Origin: Candidatus Poribacteria bacterium
Lineage (GTDB): Bacteria; Poribacteria; WGA-4E; WGA-3G
Direction: 5' to 3'
Assembly: GCA_963665235.2 (NCBI GenBank)
Contig: CAXXLX010000001.1
Coordinates: 512,001-576,000, forward strand
Length of the DNA: 64,000 bases
Shown: positions 21,141 to 30,400 of the stretch, in pieces
How positions within the stretch are numbered: the first letter of the stretch is position 1
Layout of the letters: each line of letters begins with the position of its first letter
Position numbers and translations under genes: made by a program
The notes under the pieces: model-generated
Database searches by the model: none
The model's input: the letters and a program-made list of their open reading frames with translations, nothing else
Told to the model about the DNA's origin: nothing

Positions 21141-21432
21141 AAAGAGACCGTGTCAGGTCGGCTCGGAGATGGTGACAGCACTGAAGAGCAGGCTGTTTGC
21201 CTGAATACTGAAAAGAAGCAGCACACTCGGAGAGGATCGCCCACGGGATTGTGGCGAAAAAACAACCCGAAGGAGGAAAACGAATGAACTTCGTTCATTT
21301 GTTTTCCCTCCCCCCCTTTGGGGTAATCTAAAACCGAAAAAGAGGCGGTGTTAGGAGGAAAGCTAATGAACTTCGTTCATTCGTTTTCCCTCCCCCGCAT
21401 AAATGCTAGGGGTCTCCACACCGAATATTTTG
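20866..21432 (+). mobile_element. Non-autonomous IS200/IS605-superfamily element with IscB-type omega-RNA (HEARO-like) and no ORF
   Basis: Starts GTCAATAACCCCCAGCTAAAGCATGGGGGCTTG; GTCAATAA pairs with TTGTTGAC (20940-20947); GGGTGCTCCCCAAGCC motif; ends TTCCCTCCCCCGCATAAATGCTAGGGGTCTCCAC..; followed by ATGA. Confidence 0.75.
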
Positions 21433-22356
21433 ATGATGCGTAACCGATTGCACTCTGCGAAGGATAGCCCCGCCGCCACGGCGTGGGCCCTCCTTCGCGA
21501 CCTCGATATACAAGAATTTCCAATCGAACCGAGGCACATCGCAAGTGCCCTCGGTATAGTCCTATGGGAACGTGAATTTGCGGGTAATTATGATGGATGC
21601 CTCATGCGCGTTGGAGATGCGTGGGGTATTCTCATCAACGCGCAAATTCAGTCCGAAGCCCGGCGGAACTTTACAATCGCCCATGAAATTGGGCATTACC
21701 AATTGGAACGCGATACGGAAACCCGCTCCTGTTCCCTAGATGAACGGTTAAACGCCGTAACTGCGGAACAGCGTGAGGACACTGAAGAGACATCCTCACA
21801 GAAGCGGGCGCATCTGCTTAGTGAACAGCGCGCCAATCAGTTTGCCGTTGAGTTGCTAATGCCAACCCCTATGTTTTTGGCGGACGCAGCAGGGCTGACA
21901 GAGGTCGGATTGCCAGCCATTACTGCCCTTGCTGAGCAGTACGGCACATCTTTGACGAGTACCGGCATTCATTACACCCGCCTCTCCGATTTGGTTTGCG
22001 CAATAGTGTTCTCGGAAGCTGGAATTATTCGTCACTTCGCCTACTCCGATGCATTTCGCGAGAATAGGAACTGCTATATCGCTATCGGCCAGACGCTTCA
22101 TCCTGAATCGCTCGCTTATCGGTTAGCGAATGAAACCCGTAAGGAGCCACTCATAGGACGGGTCCCGCTCAGCTGTTGGTGCCGACCTAATCAGCGTCGT
22201 AGGCATAGTAATAAGTATTCCGCCAAGGGGGCCGTAACCACAGAAATTGTAGAACATTCACTACGAATTCCGAGTACGAACCGCGTGATAACGTTTATCC
22301 ATTTTCCTATTGAGGGTGTGATGCCATCTCACAGTGTCATAGTACCCACCACCTAA
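21433..22356 (+). CDS. ImmA/IrrE-family metallo-endopeptidase
   Basis: RRNFTIAHEIGHY (HExxH), EQRANQFAVELLMP, YGTSLTS; start taken at ATGATG directly after the inserted element. Confidence 0.9.
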   Translation: MMRNRLHSAKDSPAATAWALLRDLDIQEFPIEPRHIASALGIVLWEREFAGNYDGCLMRVGDAWGILINAQIQSEARRNFTIAHEIGHYQLERDTETRSCSLDERLNAVTAEQREDTEETSSQKRAHLLSEQRANQFAVELLMPTPMFLADAAGLTEVGLPAITALAEQYGTSLTSTGIHYTRLSDLVCAIVFSEAGIIRHFAYSDAFRENRNCYIAIGQTLHPESLAYRLANETRKEPLIGRVPLSCWCRPNQRRRHSNKYSAKGAVTTEIVEHSLRIPSTNRVITFIHFPIEGVMPSHSVIVPTT

Positions 22357-22452
22357 AGGCGGCGGATTTGACAGGGGAGCGTTAAAATAGCGCGATGCGC
22401 TATCACAGGTAGGAGCGGATGGGATATGAAGAATGCCTGCTACCTTCACATG

Positions 22453-23496
22453 TCACGGGAGCAGACAGATTTTTCCGAAATTTTGACGCGCCTCCAAAAG
22501 ACGATGCGCTTCAGCTGCCTGCTGTAAAGGCAACGTGCGGTCAATGATAGGACACAACCGCTCCTGTTCTAAGAGGCGAACGAGGGTGCGAAGCTCGGTG
22601 ACGGTCCCCAATGCCGACCCCATGAGCGTCAGCTGTTTTTGATACATTTTCCGGATGTCGATTTGCCCTATGTTGCCTGTTGTAACACCGCACGAAACGA
22701 GTCTGCCGTTTTTCGCAAGGCTGCGGATGCTCTGTTCCCAGGTCGCAGCCCCGACATGTTCAAGAACGACATCAACCCCCCGCCCATCTGTTTCGGCTAG
22801 GATAACCTCTGAAAAATTTACGTCGGCATAGTTAATGGTAACGTCTGCGCCGAATTCCTTGGCGCGTGCCAATTTTGCATCTGTGCTAGCAGTCGCAAAG
22901 ATGCGCGCCCCGACTAGCTTGGCGATTTGTAAGCCGGCACTTCCGACACTTCCCCCAGCACCGAGTATCAGTACATCATCACCTGCGCGGAGCTGTGCGC
23001 GCGTGATAAGCATGTGCCATGCGGTGAGATAAGCGATAGGCAGGGCAGCAGCGTCAACAAACGACACGTTATCACCTATCCGAATTGCGTTTTTGGCTGG
23101 GGCCTTAACGAACGCAGCATACCCGCCATCTATCTGGAAGCCGAGCAGGTGTTGCGTCCCACACAGATTTTCGTACCCGTTGATGCAGTCGCTACAAACA
23201 CCACACGGGATACAAGGAGCGAGGAGTACCCGGTCCCCGATAGTGAGTTCCGAATGTGTGCCAGAAATTTCAGCGATTTCACCTGCAATGTCGGAACCGA
23301 GGATATGCGGTGCGCCTGTCTCTGATAATTTCTGTTTTATTTCAGGCCGGTCGCGCCGCGCGTGTATATCGAGATAGTTAACAGCGCACGTTCTAACTTT
23401 AACAAGGATTTCATCACGGTCAAGGGTCGGTTCAGCTACGTCTTGATACTGTAAAACGTCAATCCCGCCCTGTTCTGTAAACGCCAGTGCTTTCAT
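22453..23496 (-). CDS. Zinc-binding alcohol dehydrogenase / quinone oxidoreductase (MDR family)
   Basis: MKAL start; PHILGSDIAG, CGVCSDC..C, GAGGSVG, NFGKICL. Confidence 0.9.
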   Translation of the reverse strand: MKALAFTEQGGIDVLQYQDVAEPTLDRDEILVKVRTCAVNYLDIHARRDRPEIKQKLSETGAPHILGSDIAGEIAEISGTHSELTIGDRVLLAPCIPCGVCSDCINGYENLCGTQHLLGFQIDGGYAAFVKAPAKNAIRIGDNVSFVDAAALPIAYLTAWHMLITRAQLRAGDDVLILGAGGSVGSAGLQIAKLVGARIFATASTDAKLARAKEFGADVTINYADVNFSEVILAETDGRGVDVVLEHVGAATWEQSIRSLAKNGRLVSCGVTTGNIGQIDIRKMYQKQLTLMGSALGTVTELRTLVRLLEQERLCPIIDRTLPLQQAAEAHRLLEARQNFGKICLLP

Positions 23497-24025
23497 TACA
23501 AATCCAAATTGTAGGAGGTGTATGCCATACACTAACCTAAGTTGCCACATAGTAGCATAATCTTCCAGATTGTGCATATTTGTGGGCAAATTGGAAGTGA
23601 ACGGGACAAATATTAGCTCATTATCGGCATATTTTCAGTAAAGACGGTGTTTCCAGGTCTAAAAACTTATAAGTAGCAACTTGGGTTACACTATCAAACC
23701 GCTAAATATTTAACCATTATATCGAGATAGTTAACAGCGCACGTTCTAACTTTAACAAGGATTTCATCACGGTCAAGGGTCGGTTCAGCTACGTCTTGAT
23801 ACTGTAAAACGTCAATCCCGCCCTGTTCTGTAAACGCCAGTGCTTTCATTACAAATCCAAATTGTAGGAGGTGTATGCCATACACTAACCTAAGTTGCCA
23901 CATAGTAGCATAATCTTCCAGATTGTGCATATTTGTGGGCAAATTGGAAGTGAACGGGACAAATATTAGCTCATTATCGGCATATTTTCAGTAAAGACGG
24001 TGTTTCCAGGTCTAAAAACTTATAA

Positions 24026-24321
24026 TACCATTTTTATTAATTATTCTATCATTACCGGTTGTTAGAAATGAAACGGAGAACGGAAGACCCAAACTAAAAG
24101 TTTATGCTACAAGGAGGCACAAACTGGAAGTTTATGCTACAAGGAGGCACAAACTGGAAGTTTATGCTACAAGGAGGCACAAACTGGAAGTTTATGCTAC
24201 AAGGAGGCACAAACTGGAAGTTTATGCTACAAGGAGGCACAAACTGGAAGTTTATGCTACAAGGAGGCACAAACTGGAAGTTTATGCTACAAGAAAGAGA
24301 CATTTTCAATTAGAAATGGTA
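24026..24321. mobile_element. MITE, 296 bp, TIR TACCATTT...AAATGGTA, 3-bp TSD TAA
   Basis: Empty site AAAAACTTA-TAA-GTAGC is visible at ~23661-23677; filled site has TAA on both sides. Confidence 0.85.
24091..24293. repeat. 30-bp tandem repeat x7 (AAACTGGAAGTTTATGCTACAAGGAGGCAC)
   Basis: Direct reading; first and last units imperfect; unit contains the REP-like palindrome. Confidence 0.95.
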
Positions 24322-24361
24322 TAAGTAGCAACTTGGGTTACACTATCAAACCGCTAAATAT

Positions 24362-25207
24362 TTAACCATACGCGCCATGACTGAGAAATCCGAGCAGCCG
24401 TCGGAGGCGCGGGGATGCGTCCCGATATACAGATTCCGGCATCGTATAATTTACGAACGGATAATATTTATGCCCTACTAATCGGCGCGCATAAGTCACC
24501 TGTGTGATATATCGGGTGCGTTGACTTTGATTCGGACCGCCGCGGTGCCACACCTGATTGTTGAACATAATGACACTTCCCGCTTTGCCGAGGTTATATT
24601 GAATCTTTTCTTCCCATTGCGTTCCCTCCATCGGATTTGGCGGCGATGCACCGAAAAGATGTGACCCGGGAATAACCTCTGTCCCGCCATGTTCAATCTC
24701 CGTAACATCGGTGAGATAGTAGTTCGCAGTAAAGAGCAGTACAGGAAGTTTGACGTTCGTCGGCGGTGCACCTTCTGTGACAATATAGTGCGGGGAGTCG
24801 TCTTGATGCCAAGTCGTAATGCCGCCGCCGGGGCGCGTTTGAAACGAGTTGTTGTGAATGACGTGGCATTCTCCCACAATAAGTGCCTCGGCAAACGAGA
24901 CAATCGGTTCAATTTCAAACAAACGCAGGTTTGCCGGGCTGTGTTCAAACATCCGATGACAGAGATGCATAGTTGATGTGCGGTTTCCGCCGTTCAAACC
25001 GTTCGGATTATTCTCAAGTGACCATTCTAAATCCTGCCGAAGTTCATCGCAGTGAGCGGGGGTCAACACATTTTCAAGGAATAGGCAGCCATCCCGGTGG
25101 AACGTCTCCACCCATTCTTGGATTCTTTCAGGAGTGACGTTCTGTTCTGACAAGTAACGCGTTTCAGACACGAAGCACCTCTTTATTATGGAAACCCATA
25201 CAGACAA
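24362..25207 (-). CDS. Phytanoyl-CoA dioxygenase (PhyH) family Fe/2OG dioxygenase
   Basis: FHRDG, WHQD, GGTEVIPGSH, WHRGGPN..R; start may be further downstream. Confidence 0.9.
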   Translation of the reverse strand: MSVWVSIIKRCFVSETRYLSEQNVTPERIQEWVETFHRDGCLFLENVLTPAHCDELRQDLEWSLENNPNGLNGGNRTSTMHLCHRMFEHSPANLRLFEIEPIVSFAEALIVGECHVIHNNSFQTRPGGGITTWHQDDSPHYIVTEGAPPTNVKLPVLLFTANYYLTDVTEIEHGGTEVIPGSHLFGASPPNPMEGTQWEEKIQYNLGKAGSVIMFNNQVWHRGGPNQSQRTRYITQVTYARRLVGHKYYPFVNYTMPESVYRDASPRLRRLLGFLSHGAYG

Positions 25208-25250
25208 CGTTGAAACCCTGCCAATATAGGTTTCCTGCTTGTAGTATAAC

Positions 25251-25589
25251 CTATCCCATCGCTGCGGCGACGATAATGCCGAGCGAGATTAAGACACCGG
25301 CAACAGCGATACCTGCAGCGGTGTTGTTCTCTTCAGCTATCTGACGGTTCAGGTCATACGGGGTTGCCATATCGAAGACCTTATACCCAATCATTAAAAT
25401 GATTAAGCCAGCGATGCTAAAAACTATCACTAGAATGATATCCCTGGCAATCCCTTTCAAATCAAACAGTCCGTCTTCTTGTGGGGCGGCCTCATCTTGT
25501 GCCTGAACAGTCGTTACAAATAGCGTGAAGACACATAATGATACCATGACCAAACAAAATGTAGTTGATACGATTCTTTGCGCTTGCAT
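25251..25589 (-). CDS. DUF350-family membrane protein
   Basis: YKVFDMATPYDLNRQIAEENNTAAGIAVAG; GGAGG RBS. Confidence 0.8.
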   Translation of the reverse strand: MQAQRIVSTTFCLVMVSLCVFTLFVTTVQAQDEAAPQEDGLFDLKGIARDIILVIVFSIAGLIILMIGYKVFDMATPYDLNRQIAEENNTAAGIAVAGVLISLGIIVAAAMG

Positions 25590-25658
25590 AGTTCCTCCAA
25601 TAGATTAAGGTAGGAGCGAGCTCCCGCTCGCGATTAACCTGTGTGATACTCACAACGC

Positions 25659-26948
25659 CTAAAGGCGTGTGCTTCTTTGCCTCCTCAGGGGAGGCTTACT
25701 TGATTTGAGCCCCGAAAACGGTGACCACTTATCAAGTCGACGCAGGTGCGGATTAAACCGAACACCTGTGGGGGATACCACAGCCCCGACTACAGGGTTG
25801 AAAAGCCAGCCCTGATACTTTGTCAAAATGTTGCTTGCCCACACAACGTCTCTGTGTCCGTTCCAACCGCATTTAGAACAGTGGTAATTTCTGCCACTCG
25901 GCTTCTTGCGATTACGGCAACTCGGACAAGTTTGTGAGGTATAGGCTTCGTTTTCTGTCTCAACGTTGATGCCTACCGCTTTTGCTTTGTAGGTTATCAG
26001 GTGTTCGATTTTTGAGAAAGACCACTGGTGCAACTTCTGATTGGCGTTTTTGCTATAGTTAATAGATTGTCGTATGTGCTTAATGTCACCAATGACAATC
26101 GTTTCTATCCTTCGCTCTCGGCAGGAAGAAACAAATCGAGACGTGATTTTGTGACGCATATCACGTAATTGATTAGCAAGCGATGCAAGCGTTCTATCTT
26201 TAGCACGTTTTAGTTTTTTCCAACGCTTGCTATAACGTTTGCACCTTGATAGTTTTTGGTTGATTTTCGCCTTAAACTTTTCGCAATACCTTGCTTTACT
26301 TCGGATTTCGCGGCCGTTATAAATCTCGGAATTAAGTCCATCAAAAGCAACAATCGGATGTATTTCGCCCATGTCCACAGCAACCACAGGACCCGCTTTT
26401 ACTTTTGTCCGCTTCGGTTGCGTTACGTAGGTTGCGTGGAACTCGTATTGTTTCGTGGTTCGGTTATAGACAAGTGAGACTCCAGCGGGCACTTTCTTAT
26501 GGAACTTCTTATCAATCTTAATCCAGAGTGGGTCTCTGCCTTTGCCCAGAGAAAGCCGTAGCTTACCGTGCTTGTAGGTGATACCTGTAGCACGCCACGT
26601 GAAAGTATGGAACTTATGCTTTGGAGGCTTTGCTTTGGGATTAGAAGCTTTATTAGAAAAGAAAGAACGCCTTGCACCGCAATAGTCGTCTATGATTGCC
26701 TGAACGCTATGGGCATGGCAGGGATACCGCTTGAATTTGAGATATGCCTTAAGTCCACCGTCTGAAATCCAAAAGCCTTTTCGCCTGTGTGTTTTGAACG
26801 CAAGCGATACCGTTTTTGAATAGATACGACCGCCAAGCCGATTCATCTCGTCTAACTGCTCTGTAGGCTTGGCGGTTCCTATGATATAAGTGAGATAATC
26901 ATTTTTGGACCTAGACATTCTTTTCATCCTCAATATACTTTTTGACAA
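25659..26948 (-). CDS. tnpB: TnpB RNA-guided endonuclease
   Basis: VAVDMG, IVIGD, NEAYTSQTCPSC, CSKC, HRDVV. Confidence 0.93.
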   Translation of the reverse strand: MSKSILRMKRMSRSKNDYLTYIIGTAKPTEQLDEMNRLGGRIYSKTVSLAFKTHRRKGFWISDGGLKAYLKFKRYPCHAHSVQAIIDDYCGARRSFFSNKASNPKAKPPKHKFHTFTWRATGITYKHGKLRLSLGKGRDPLWIKIDKKFHKKVPAGVSLVYNRTTKQYEFHATYVTQPKRTKVKAGPVVAVDMGEIHPIVAFDGLNSEIYNGREIRSKARYCEKFKAKINQKLSRCKRYSKRWKKLKRAKDRTLASLANQLRDMRHKITSRFVSSCRERRIETIVIGDIKHIRQSINYSKNANQKLHQWSFSKIEHLITYKAKAVGINVETENEAYTSQTCPSCRNRKKPSGRNYHCSKCGWNGHRDVVWASNILTKYQGWLFNPVVGAVVSPTGVRFNPHLRRLDKWSPFSGLKSSKPPLRRQRSTRL

Positions 26949-27324
26949 CTTCTAAGGATACACACCCAACCGACGATATGAATTTGGAACGCGTCCACAG
27001 AGAGGGTAAACCGGATTTTAGGTGTGGAAATCCCTCACGCAAGACTTTAGAGGTGAAACCTTTTAGCATCCAAACTGTCCGAGTGACTGGCACTTTCGGA
27101 TTGGTTTCTATGATAAGATGCACAGGGTCTTCCATCACCTCACTGGCACACACCTTAAAATCTAAATCGGTTTGTTTGGAGCATATCAGATGATGCAACC
27201 GTTCTTGTATAGGTTCGGTTAAAACCTTGCGCCGATACTTCGGACACCAGATAACAGGATACTGACAACTATAGACAAGGTTCGTATCAGAATACCAACT
27301 CTTTTCTGGGTTCTTAATAAACAT
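26911..27324 (-). CDS. tnpA: IS200-type Y1 transposase (HUH motif altered)
   Basis: IWCPKYRRKVL, EDPVHL (canonical DHVH), LKGFTS, SLWTRS, VKKYI. Confidence 0.9.
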   Translation of the reverse strand: MFIKNPEKSWYSDTNLVYSCQYPVIWCPKYRRKVLTEPIQERLHHLICSKQTDLDFKVCASEVMEDPVHLIIETNPKVPVTRTVWMLKGFTSKVLREGFPHLKSGLPSLWTRSKFISSVGCVSLEVVKKYIEDEKNV

Positions 27325-27487
27325 TATACTATATCCTTTATCTGTTAGTTTCTCTAATATAGGATAACATATTTTTTAGATAATGTCAACTATTTTAGCT
27401 GTCACAGAGGCACGGGCGTTACGGGGTTGGACCCACAGCTAAAGCAGTGGGATTGTTAAGTGAGTCCCTTCAGTTTACGAATAGCAG

Positions 27488-30400
27488 TTATTTAAGCAGT
27501 TGAAACTGCATTTCTGCTGTGCTGTGTAGCTGTTTAATCAGGATAGCGTCTTTTTCGTGAAGGTACCGCCATCCGGATGTGACATCTTCTAGGGACTCAA
27601 CTTGCGGAATATCGTAAGGCGCGTCCTCTTTATCTGCATCATGCTCGGCACCCTCTGTTTGTGCGGGGTGAGTCGGGTGTGCACGAATGAGAGATGGGGC
27701 TTGTCCGTACCCGGTAATCAGTGTGTGACTGATTTCGTTTTCCGCGTAGTTCAGTGTCCACTTTAGTTCCCCTTTTCGGGAGGTGTTAACATCTTCCGGT
27801 TTCGCGCCGGAGCTGAGATGGATTGAGCCTGCAATTGCGGTTTTGATGCCCGGGTCAAGTCCGCGGAGCGTATAGACATTAACCATAATATCCTCAGGAT
27901 TGAGATGCGGTCCCTTGCCTTCGGTGCAGAATCCGTAGAATCCATCGGGGTATGTGCCTTTCAGTTCACCCTCTGTCCACTGCTGGTACATTGCACTTAT
28001 GGTGATGCCTTCAGCAATGTCGCGCCATTTTTCATCCCGTTTGTGCCGGTCCAGTTGTTGCAAATAGTAGGCATAGACCAGTCCGTTCCACTGCACTGGT
28101 ACCCCGAACCATGGGTGCGTATGAAACGTTGTGCCGAAAACGGGTATGGAGCCGAACAGCATTCCCGGTCGGTCCGGCAGATACCAATGATATAGGAAGG
28201 GTAGGCCCGCCTTAGCCCAGTATTCCGCGCGTTTCAGATACGATTTATTTCCGGTGATTTCGTGTGCCTCAATGTATGCCCCAATTGCATAGGCGGCAGC
28301 GAGAATATCCGGCTCATACAATGGGCATTCCCATGTTTGGGCACCCCGCGGCACCGAAAAACGGTTCATGAAGGCGAGTGCTTTTTTACCCGCTTCGAGT
28401 GAGACACTGTTCCCGGTGATGCGTGCATGTTTCAAGAGTTTTAGGGCATTCACAGCACACGTTCCGAGGACAACATCGCCCGGTGTTCCGAGGCTTTCTG
28501 TCCGTTCCGATGCTGGTTGAAACGCCCAGCTGCCATCCGCTGCTTGCGATGATAGCAAGGGTGCCACTTCGTCTTCATAGTGTGCCAATGCGGCCTCTAA
28601 GTGTCCGACATAGAATGGAAACTCTCCGCTGAGAATATGACATGAACCGCGGGCTACCAAAGCTGCCGGGCCGCCTTCGGCGACCGTTTTATCTGCTATC
28701 TCCATGACTCGTGCCTTAACAGGGTCAGATTTGGTGATGAGGTAATCGTACCAAAGTAAGGTTGCAAATCCCGGTTCGTTCTGTGAGGGCCAATCGGCAC
28801 AGTGTCGCGATTGCCGTGCCTCTGCATCCCAGGTTGTGTCCATGAACCCGTGCCGTGAGAGGAGTAGCTCCTCTTCATCGCTGCGCGGTGGGTTTAGCGG
28901 TGCTGGGGTGCCATACGCGGATGTCCAATGCGTTACTGCGTCTAAAATTGTGGTATTTCCATCTGCAATAATTTCACACGCCAAGGAGATAGGACGTTCC
29001 GGGGTGAATGTATAGGCTGTCTCAGCAACCCGTTCATTCTCCTTGACCCATTTCGGTACAGTGGGTAAGAAGAGTCCCATTAAATGATTTTTCTCTCGGT
29101 GATACGAATTCGGGGAGGCGAATACAGCGGAGACGTTGTGTTCCTCGCCATCCCAACTTTCCAGGGGATTCCAAGCGATACCGACAATTGATTTCTGCAA
29201 CTCAACCGCCATAACAGGAACAGTAATTTTATAGGGGTGCGGGACTAACCGGTTGTTGAGCGGAGGTGCTGCGTCTCTGGGATTTGAAGAGGGTTCTTCG
29301 TTTTCTAAGAATTCCAGCCCGGGAAACAGCGCAGCCGCTTTTTTATCGCGCATGCTTTTATGTCCTGCATAGATTTCTGTTCCTCGGAAAGCGAGCAACT
29401 CCCGGGGGCTATCCACCGTTAAGCGATATGCTGCTTTGATACGTCTAGCATCTTCAGTGAGCGTTAGCAGGAGTTGAAGCGTCCATGTTACGCCATCGGC
29501 ATCCTTCTGTTCATCGGATAGTCGGACAATAGCTTCGCCGAGGCTGTTCCCTGATAGGTAAACTTCACTTGGAACAAAAGTGAGATTCTGCTGTGTATCT
29601 GTCCGAGCTCCCTCCTGCTCGGGCTGTTCTTTTGATTGAGAAATGTAGGTTGCTTCAGCGATTGTTTTGGAGGTTGCTACTTGGTGATAGGTATTCCCTT
29701 TCGCTACGAAAACGGCATAATACTCAAAGCCTTCCGGTATGTCTATTTCTTGTGAGCGGAGGCTATCGCGCTGTGTGCCATTGTGAACCAAAACGATGCG
29801 GAGATGTTTATTGCCCATCACGACGTGTTCGTCCTGTTTGTAGGTATGGAGCTCCGGTATCACTTTTGTTTCAAGTTTCGGTAATACTGGTCGGATGTCA
29901 ACTGTACCCTTTACCTGTTTCTCACCGGTATGTTGCTGTGACTTCAGCGTAACACTGAATTCGGCACTATTTGAATGTGAAATCCCGTTTGCCTGCCAGA
30001 ATAACGTCGTTGTCTCACCGGGGGCGAGTGCATTCACGTTGTGTGTAGGTTTATCACGTTTGAGTTTCAGCTCGCTGATACTCAGACGTGTCTTGCTGTC
30101 CTTGGTGAGGGGCCCCGCCCCGGTATTTTTCAGAGTGCATTGTACTTCAAACGCCTCCCCTACACCGACAACAGCGGATGTTGCGCCGACGCTGACTATC
30201 TCTAATCGCGGTTGTGCTGCGTAAAGCGTTAAGTCGAGCGGCTCGTCTGCTAATTGCTTATAGATTTCACCTGCAATTTCGGAAGCAGGGGTGAAATCAG
30301 CACGATTGAACGTAAACACGCTGTGCTGATTCTCGTCGAATTCGGCAATAGCAATACCGCATTGCAATTCCGGTGTGGATACCGCTCTCCGCCTCCCTCT

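Larger units (their letters stand above)
23365..24369. repeat. 353-bp tandem duplication (23365-23717; 23718-24369, second copy carries a MITE)
   Basis: Matching sequence at 353-nt offset; second copy is 652 = 353 + 296 + 3 nt. Confidence 0.92.
25643..27472 (-). mobile_element. IS200/IS605-family element copy 1 (tnpA + tnpB)
   Basis: Boundaries from identity with copy 2 (offset 6804); left hairpin CCCACTGCTTTAGCTGTGGG; right end hairpin ending TCAC; shared TGAA probably includes the target motif. Confidence 0.92.

Noticed and set aside
20921-21298. 125-aa ORF as IscB remnant or cargo
   Set aside because: Antisense to the RNA scaffold, no recognisable motif.
20481-22356. Prophage or ICE immunity region
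   Set aside because: No integrase, att site, phage or conjugation genes in the window.
23694-23942. Separate 82-aa gene
   Set aside because: Duplicated 5' fragment of the dehydrogenase.
24091-24313. CRISPR array or MLQGGTNWKF / CSINFQFVPP repeat peptides
   Set aside because: No spacers; ORFs are by-products of a 30-bp repeat inside a MITE.
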